Of a stretch of DNA of 64,000 nucleotides, positions 55,659-64,000 are shown piece after piece. Position 1 is the stretch's first letter, and every line of letters begins with the position of its first letter. The notes under the pieces are model-generated. The model did no database searches, was not told the DNA's origin, and worked only from the letters and a program-made list of their open reading frames with translations. Origin of the DNA: Epiperipatus broadwayi (lineage: Eukaryota > Animalia > Onychophora); the NCBI GenBank assembly GCA_028023455.1, contig JAQFVV010000005.1:8122001-8186000 (forward strand), given 5' to 3'. The translations under genes were made by a program, and so were the position numbers.

Positions 55659-57800
55659 TGTACCAATCGGAATGAAAGTGAAGATCGAATCTAACCGCAA
55701 ACACAATATCTGCTCTACAAGGGCGCCATCTAGGCATTTGAGCCTAGAAAAATTTATAGAGTAGGCAGATACGCGCTGTTAAGATTCCATTTTATTTAAA
55801 TATTCCGATCGTTAGCCCAAGTCATTAGCTCAGCGGAGACGCATAGATAAAAATCTATAAACTTTATATCTTAAATATCAAAGAGTAAAAGCCACTGCCA
55901 GAAATTAACACATAAAATATTTATTTACGCACATATAAAATCATTCTAAACTCGAGGAATAGGTTTAACATTTGTAGATTTTTATATTCTTATTACTCTT
56001 TAATTTTACATTTATATAAATTTCAATGATTTTAATTTTTTTTTATTTAGATTGTCAAGTATGAATAGACTACATAGATCTGCATTTGAAAATAAAACAT
56101 TCTATCCCTATTTAACCCTAGGCTAAAATTCGCAGTCAAACTGGCATCAATCCATCCGATACATTTATGTATTCAATGTAGCATGAAAATACAACAGCAC
56201 AAAGATACTATACTGTCAGGAATTGACATCTGAACAATATATTTTAAGAAAACATTGACTCTTGTCTAATACAGGAATATGACGTCTATATAGCAAGAAC
56301 AACAATAAAATAAAAACTCCATAGGAAGGGACCGCGATCCTTTTTGCCGACTTACAATCCCATCCATAGGCAAAGGGTTGGTGCGGTGTATACAGCGATT
56401 CTGCACGTAGCGAAACTCATACTACATCTACTAATTACACAAATATATCCAATCCATTGACCCAATTCAACAACGACACAAATAACCTAAGATTTCCCTC
56501 CCCTAATATAACTTTACAAATCTATATAGCCATTCACGCCCGACTTAATTTTAACATTTAAATACGTTCGCACAGATTGTTTAAAAATGTTGGGTATAGA
56601 TCGATTACATAGATTCCACGGTCAAAAACATTTCAAAATAAACATAAACGATCAAAATACAAAATTATTGATACCGACAATCGCAGGGGGAAACTTATAA
56701 GTAACCCAATAGTATTCACCATAAGATACTTGCGTTGTCACCAATAACTTAAAAGACATCCGAATAAATACATTTTAGATACTCACCGTAAGGTATCATT
56801 ATTTATCGAATGTCTATATATTTTGATCAAATATGAAAACCAAAATATAATTAACCGCAAACGAATCCATGCAAGCGTCTATAAACAATTTAAAATTTAC
56901 TCATTTAAAATTTAACAATAAATATCAATTCAATAAATAATAAATGGAAATGATTTTTTTTTTTTTATCAAACGCACACATATATATAAAATTTCACATT
57001 ATCAATTTAGTTGACACATAGGTCAGAGAAAAGTTCCTTTTTATAAAAATAAATTTACTTATCAATCTTTAAAGTTCTTAATTAATGTTATGATTTTTAA
57101 CAATTGTTCAGTTCTATTGCTTACGGTAGAGAAGTCCCTGTTCCCGTTGGCAATTCCCACGCAGACTTTCCTGGAAGACCGGTCTGATGTTTTGGAGGTG
57201 GCAGTTGCTGGTTCTGTCCTGGTATCACAGTCTTTGCATTTTTAAATAAGTGAGTGAGGACGACAAGTGCGTCTTGTCGCCAGACTCACCAAAATCAAGT
57301 TGGAAAAAGCTCTCTCTGACTGGAACTCAATATTTTTTTCTTTTTATAGTCCTCCTATGGATTCCATGAACAAAAACGTCACTGTTCTGTTTTTTCGTTA
57401 TGGTCCGGGCCTTTATTTGGCTTCCATTGGTCAAGCTAAAATCCCTTTCTTCTCTTATCTAACTTTCCATCTGACTTTTTAATTAAACAGCTTTTAGATA
57501 ATTAATAAACAATCATCTCCATTTATAGATTACAGGAATTAATTAATGCCTGTTTTTATTTTAACTTACGTTATTTTTTTATTAAAATACTTTTATAAAT
57601 CTTTTTTTTTTATAAAAAATATATTCAAATACCTTTTTTTTATTTATTAAAAAAAAATATTTTTAAAGTTTAGCATCTGTGCGAATGTATATACGTATAA
57701 CAAACATTTTTAATTTTAGCGTTTAGTTTTTTACTTTTATTTGCGAACTTTTAAGTTTTTCTTTTAAATTAATGTAACGACATATTTATATATCGTTACA
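55659..57800 (-). mobile_element. Solo LTR of a second long-LTR family (2142 bp)
   Basis: Begins TGTACCA, ends GTTACA, ATAT on both flanks (55655-55658 and 57801-57804); CpG-retaining; TATAAAA on the minus strand at 57342-57348. Confidence 0.6.
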
Positions 57801-60800
57801 ATATGTAAAATGACTATTAGAGATTTGTATATCATTATGAATATTGTTTTACAATTTTTCTGATAAAAATTATAGCAAAATAACAGAAAATTATAAAGCA
57901 TATATTTTAAAAAACTAATGAATAATACTCTTACTCTTTATCCTCAAATTATTAATTTTATTATTATTTAAATAGGTTTCAATTGCAGTATAAGATTTAC
58001 ATCTTAAAAAATGAAAATATCTGTTCAAGGGCAGATGAAACCTTTCTACAAAAAAGTGAAAATGAATATAATCAGAATATTTATCCAGAGAAGTGTCAAT
58101 GTATCTAAATAAAACAAAACATTTATAATGAGAATGACTGTTTATAAAGAGTTAAAACATGTATAAATGATAATAAGTAATATCCCAAGAATTTGAGGAT
58201 GTATATATATTTTACATGTACACATATTTTTACATAAATGTTTAAGACAATGGTTTTTTATATTTATAAATATATTATTTATGTAGAATGTGGACATGTT
58301 TATGTTTTAATGTGTATATAAATATGGGTATATTTTTGTGTGTGTACACATGAATGTATAACAATGATTATTACATGATCACATATTGCTGATGTTTATA
58401 TAAATAAGTCTAAAAACTGATAGGAAGGACAAAAATTTGGTCTATAATGGTCTTTTTTAACTAAAAATTCTGAACTGATTTATCTCATTATAAAGTATAT
58501 GGCAAAAATACTTTTATACTCAACCTTAGCTCCTCTTATCAGTAATATTTATATAGATATTATCAATTTGTTTTCAATGATTTCTTAAATACAATCCTTA
58601 CTTTGACAACTTTTATTTGATACTTTAATCAAATTTATATTTCATGTTAGAAAGACAATAATGCTGAAATATTCACTCAAAGTGATTTTGTTGTAAACAA
58701 GATAAATCAATTGCCAATGTATAATATGTGATTCAAATAAATAATTGTATGATTAATTGCTCAAGAAACCATGTGATATTCAAGAATCCTAGTAGTAGAT
58801 TGAGTATCCATTTGATCAATCTGAACCAAGTTTTCTTTTTATTTATGTTATTCAGCACAAATCAATACTGAAAAATATAGTTCAGACTCCAGCACTATTA
58901 TTGTACTAAATCACAAAGAATAGTGATTCAACATTTAATTATATTCACTCATATTTTCAAAGCAATAATTGGAAAATGCACAAAAATGAGATTGCAATGA
59001 CACGTTTTAGTTATATAAACTTTAAACCATATAAAAGAGAACATTGTTGCCACTGAATCCGGACAAAATAATTTTATTAATAATGCAGTTCTAAAGAAAA
59101 AATAGGACCAGACTTATTAGATGCTCACAGTCAAAAATTAAATGTTTTCAGCGTATTATGACCACAATATCATGCAAAAGATTTTACTTTCCATACTTCT
59201 AGAATTTCTGCCAGTAAGTTTAAATAATCAATAAACATCATATGTATAGTACTGTAAAATTCTCAAATCCAGACAACTTTATGGCTTTTGCCTTCAGAAG
59301 ATTAGGATCCAAAACTGAATCTGATGCACTTATGCATATAGTAATCTTTTTTCTATCATAGTATTAACTCAAATTTTAAAATTCCTTAAGACTTAAACCC
59401 AGAGTATTTCATTTACATAGCTTTGAACCCTAATCTTCATTGACAAAGGCAAAATTCAAGACTACATAAGTAAACTACACATGCACTGTACTGTTATATT
59501 AAATCAATGTTCTTTTGTTGAACATGAGGATACTCTCTATCCAAGCAACATGATAAAGACTTTGAAAAAATAAGAGTGCTAATATATATCTTAGTCAATT
59601 ACATTACAACTAAGGTCTTTAAAATATATAGAAACTAACTTGATGTCACATTTATATAACTAAGGAAGTGAGATAGAATGTCTTTAAAACATTAGAGTAT
59701 TTGTTTTTTAATTTCAGATTATTAGCTTGAACAACAAGTATAAAGAAGTAAAAAATTAAAATAGGCAAAACTCTCTCCATACAATTATGAGCAAGCATGG
59801 AAGATAGTGATCATGTGATGTTTTAAGAAGTAAAAAATTGTTTGCTAATGCATAAGTGATCAAGTTCAAGTTTTAAATCCCATTCTTGATTAATAAAGGT
59901 AAAAGCAAAACTTAATCTGGAAATGGGAATTCAGCATTATTATGCTATTTGGTGGTCATTGGCACTAGAGTAGGATGAGGATAACATTTCTTTTGAAATA
60001 GTGAAGACACTAAATGTTTTACTTTCATCAATTTTTTCATTATTAATACCATTCTAAACCTATCTATTAATTGAATAATAATTTGTACAAAATCATTGTC
60101 CATATTGTGACTCAATAAATACAATTATATTAAAAAAGAAATCCAAGATCAGCATAAAGAAAGAGAAGTAATCATTGTATTATCTTGTACTTCTAAAAAC
60201 AAACTTAAGTCTCTTTTAAACTGATGCTATCAAAAAATATAAAATGCAAGTCAATATTTTTGTTATTAAAGATCAAGTATCTCCATCAATAATAAAAGTA
60301 GATCTGATTCTTTTCTTTTGTTAAACTGGAAAGACAGTTGTCAAAAAGAAAATGTCTGGATATTTTCCCCTCAAATTAATAAAAAAGTTATATCTAATAC
60401 TATTTCACTTTAAGATCTTCAATATTTTTGTAGTCTTTTTACAACAATAAAAAAATAAATTATGTACTTCCTCTTGTACTTTTGACAATGATTTATTATT
60501 ATGATGTTTTAGATAGTTTTGATTGTTGAGCAGGCTTCTTCAGAATTCTCTTTTTATAATAATTAAATCAATAGTTTAAAAATTACATGAAATACTGCAG
60601 GATTATCAAAACTGTCATAAATAAACCAGTACTATGTATTGTTATATATGTTATTAAAGACAAATTCTGAAAAAGATGTATGTACAGTCAAAACTGTCAG
60701 AAACAGATTAATAAAAATATTGTTATAAGTTTACTTAATAAAAGAAAAAAAAATTATAAAAAGATTCCTGGGTAATCAAATTTGTCAATCACATTTTAAC

Positions 60801-60903
60801 AATAAACATTGACAAGGGTTAAAAAACTGCACAATTTAATGCTACATTCTCAATATCATGTAATTTCTATCTCAAGACTAAAATAATATTAACAATAGCA
60901 AAC

Positions 60904-61015
60904 TCTCCCTACAGTAGTGCCATCCAGTGCAAGCCTTAGTAATCAATAGATACCCAAACCTTCCTGCATCCATTAATTACTAAGGCTTGCTTTGGAAAGC
61001 ACTACTGTATGGAGA
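60904..61015. repeat. 112-bp two-segment hairpin (MITE-like)
   Basis: TCTCCCTACAGTAGTGC pairs with GCACTACTGTATGGAGA (1 mismatch); CAAGCCTTAGTAAT pairs perfectly with ATTACTAAGGCTTG; the core reads TA|CAGTAG..CTACTG|TA. Confidence 0.75.
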
Positions 61016-62018
61016 ATATTAATAACAGCTTGTGTAAACATAGGAAATTATGATCATGTCATGTTTTGTTAGTTTAATACTAAAATTATAAATAAATCAA
61101 AAAGAAAATATTGGAATGAATCCCAGACTTAAAGCATGTATTGATGTAATACAATAAAATTCAAATCCCCTATTTAGCACCATATAATTGCTTTGTCACT
61201 GAAGATGAACACTAATTTTGCTAATTACTTTTTAGAAAATAAGATTATTCTTATGCAAAATAACTTATGGATTGTTTAAAAACATACAATATATTACAAT
61301 AAAGATAATAAACCAAACATTGGTAATTTGCCAACTTATCAAGACTTCTTGGTGGGATGGCAAAACCTTGGGACTAGTTAAAGACAAACTCAAAAATGTT
61401 TTTACAAAATCATTTAACACAATTAATTAATTGGTATAAATAAAAATAGTGACTGAACTTGTTTTATGTTTTTATTTTAATTTAAAATAATGTAATAAAA
61501 AAAATGATGAAAGATATATTTTGCACATAAAAAAGCATGATAAATTTTATGTGAAATTTCAAATAATGCTATAAAGTTTCTTATTACTGCACTTTTATTC
61601 GAATGTGATTCAAAACACCTTTAAAATACTGCTCTTATACATTTTGGTATTATTTTAGTATTTTATGAATGAATGAAGTAAGTAAAAATATCAATCGGTA
61701 GTAAATTCATAAATTAACCATAATACATAGACAATTTATTTTTGTTTATTGCCTTTAGTAAAAAGCAATGACTTTAATAAAAAGCAATGATTTTTATAAT
61801 TATACTATAGTGATTATTTTAATTTATTTATTAATTTATAGAAACACTGCACTATAATTTATATACAATTCATATAAAGGTTTTAAATTTCAAAAAGTAT
61901 TAAAATGTTTAAGTATTTTTATATGATGAAAATAATCTCTGAATTGTGAAATGAACTTAGTTTTAAAAACAATATTTTTGAATAAAAATACTTTTAAAAA
62001 ATGAGATGCAATAATAAG

Positions 62019-64000
62019 CTAATTGAACAGAAAATTTTCTTCAGTAAATTGTACAAAAATTTCAAGAGTATCCTGATCAGTAAAATGATTTGCTTCATGG
62101 ACTTGCAATACATTTTTTTCTGTAGTTTTGTAATCACATAAGTAACACTTGAAAACTTCACTACTAATAGAAATTAAGTTTTCTGTATGTGTTTCGAGTT
62201 CATTTAAATGTAAACTGAGGGGTTCATGCTTTATATGTGTACATTTTTTATCACTTATAAAAATATTTTGAGAGACTGTGTTGGAATCACACAGTAAGCA
62301 GTGGAAAGACTGATCTTCCATATGACTTTTTTCATGTATTCTTAATTGCTTTTTTTTATTAGTCCTATAATCACATATATAACATGTGAATTTTTTTTTT
62401 TTCATATGACTTTTTAAATGCGAATTTAGAAAGCATTTTACAGCAGTCTTATAATCACAAAAGCTGCAGTGGAAACGTTTTTCTCCAGTATGTTGATTTT
62501 TTTCATGTAGATTTAAATGACCTTTACTAGCACACCTGTAATTGCAAAATCTACATTGAAAAGGTTTTTCACCTGTATGAGTTTTTTCATGTTGCTTTAG
62601 ATAACTTTTTGCAATACACTTATAATCACATAAAGTACAAAAGAAAGGTTTTTCACCTGTGTGCTTACTTTCATGTCTTTTTAAGTGATATTTTTGAACA
62701 GCACTATAATTACAAAAATGGCATTGGAAAGGTTTTTCTTCAGAATGAATTGTTTCATGTATTTTCAGATTACCTTTTGTAGTAGCTTTGTAATCACAAA
62801 AAATGCATTGGAATGCTTTTTCTACTGAATGAGACATTTGATGTGATTTTATGCAACTTTTTGCAGAAGACTTGTAATCACAAAAGTTGCATTGGAAACA
62901 TTTACCACCCGTACAATGCTTTTTTTCATGAATTTTTAGATAACTTTTTGCAGCACACCTGTAATCACAAAAACTGCATTGAAAAGGTTTTTCACCTGTA
63001 TGAGTTTTTTCATGTTCTTTTAGAGAACCTTTTGAAACAGATTTATAATCGCACAAATGACAAGAAAAAGGTTTTTCACCAGTATGACTTCTCTCATGTA
63101 TTATTAATTGACCTTTTTGAACTGCACTGTAATCACAAAATCTGCATTGAAAAGGCCTTCTTCCTGCATGAGTTTTTTCATGAATTTTTAAATAAGTTTT
63201 TTCAGCAGTTTTGTAATCACACAAACTACAACAGAAAGGTTTCTCTGCTATATGAGATTTTTCATGTAATTGAAGGCACTTTTTTGTAGCAGACCTGTAG
63301 CTACATGAACTACATTTAAAATGTTTTTGTCCTGTATGAAGTGGTTCGTGTATTTTTAAAGACATTCTTCTAGCTGTTCTGTAATCACAGAAATTGCATT
63401 TAAATGGTTTTTCTCCTGAATGAGTTATTTCGTGTGATTTTACACAACTTTTTACATCAGATTTATAATCACAAAAACTGCACTGGAATGTTTTTAACCT
63501 TATTTGATGAGTTTTTTCGTGCACTTTTAAACCACTTTTTAAAACACATTTGTAATCACAAACATTGCATTGGAAAGGTTTTTCCCCTCTATGTTTTTTT
63601 TCATGTATTTGAAGTGTATTTTTTGCAACAGTTTTATAATCACATATACTACAACAAAAAGGTTTTTCACCAGTATGATTTCTTTCATGGATTATTAATA
63701 GGCCTTTTTGAGAAGCACTGTAATCACACAAATTACATTTGAAAGGTTTTTCTCCTGTATGTATTCTTTCATGAGATTTTATACTGCTTTTTACAGTAGC
63801 TTTATGATCACAATACCTACAAGAGAAAGGTTTTTCACCTTTGTGATTTCTTTCATGTACTATTACATGATTTTTATGAGCAGATTTGTAATCACAAAAG
63901 CTACACTGGAAGTGCTTTTCTCCTGTGTGACGTTTTTGGTGTATTTTTAAGTTACCTTTCGTACGAGCTTTATAATCACACAAATCACAATAGAATGATT
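62019..64000 (-). CDS. Multi-C2H2 zinc-finger protein, 3' part; ORF open to the window edge
   Basis: At least 654 uninterrupted codons: 20 tandem CxxC(D/N/S)Y/H-x10-HxxxH-type fingers with TGEKP-type linkers, one degenerate finger and one isolated C-terminal finger. The frame continues SFYCDLC up to 64000, so the track's TTG start is not the real start. Confidence 0.95.
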   Translation of the reverse strand, partial: SFYCDLCDYKARTKGNLKIHQKRHTGEKHFQCSFCDYKSAHKNHVIVHERNHKGEKPFSCRYCDHKATVKSSIKSHERIHTGEKPFKCNLCDYSASQKGLLIIHERNHTGEKPFCCSICDYKTVAKNTLQIHEKKHRGEKPFQCNVCDYKCVLKSGLKVHEKTHQIRLKTFQCSFCDYKSDVKSCVKSHEITHSGEKPFKCNFCDYRTARRMSLKIHEPLHTGQKHFKCSSCSYRSATKKCLQLHEKSHIAEKPFCCSLCDYKTAEKTYLKIHEKTHAGRRPFQCRFCDYSAVQKGQLIIHERSHTGEKPFSCHLCDYKSVSKGSLKEHEKTHTGEKPFQCSFCDYRCAAKSYLKIHEKKHCTGGKCFQCNFCDYKSSAKSCIKSHQMSHSVEKAFQCIFCDYKATTKGNLKIHETIHSEEKPFQCHFCNYSAVQKYHLKRHESKHTGEKPFFCTLCDYKCIAKSYLKQHEKTHTGEKPFQCRFCNYRCASKGHLNLHEKNQHTGEKRFHCSFCDYKTAVKCFLNSHLKSHMKKKKFTCYICDYRTNKKKQLRIHEKSHMEDQSFHCLLCDSNTVSQNIFISDKKCTHIKHEPLSLHLNELETHTENLISISSEVFKCYLCDYKTTEKNVLQVHEANHFTDQDTLEIFVQFTEENFLFN

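Noticed and set aside
59900-60700. Possible decayed transposase
   Set aside because: No motif could be read in any frame with confidence.
62813-63950. Plus-strand ORFs (62813, 63404, 63708; also 2265-2528)
   Set aside because: Antisense shadows of the periodic zinc-finger codons; no independent motifs.

Overview
Very AT-rich (about a quarter GC by eye) eukaryotic DNA, most likely from an invertebrate animal; the host cannot be named from sequence alone. No prokaryotic operons, CRISPR arrays, rRNA or tRNA genes are evident. The only intact host gene is a C2H2 zinc-finger array (62019-64000, minus; 5' end lies beyond the window). A decayed paralog in the same orientation sits at 2080-3960 and shares the C-terminal tail and about 850 bp of 3' flank. 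The ~57 kb between them is mostly transposon remains: RTE and L1/Tx1 LINEs, Ty3/Gypsy gag and pol relics, a Buster-type hAT, a Ginger/KRBA2-type integrase relic, a Penelope relic and a solo LTR. Three structures stand out. (1) A ~450-470 nt non-coding repeat family carrying type I hammerhead ribozymes (four copies); one locus is a 1.08-kb head-to-head multimer flanked by a 13-bp target-site duplication, i.e. retrozyme-like. (2) A 4.4-kb non-coding foldback with ~2-kb arms. (3) An 8.8-kb non-autonomous LTR element with 2.8-2.9-kb LTRs, an ATAT TSD, no recognisable PBS and a single orphan ORF. All protein family calls come from manual motif reading; no database searches were run.
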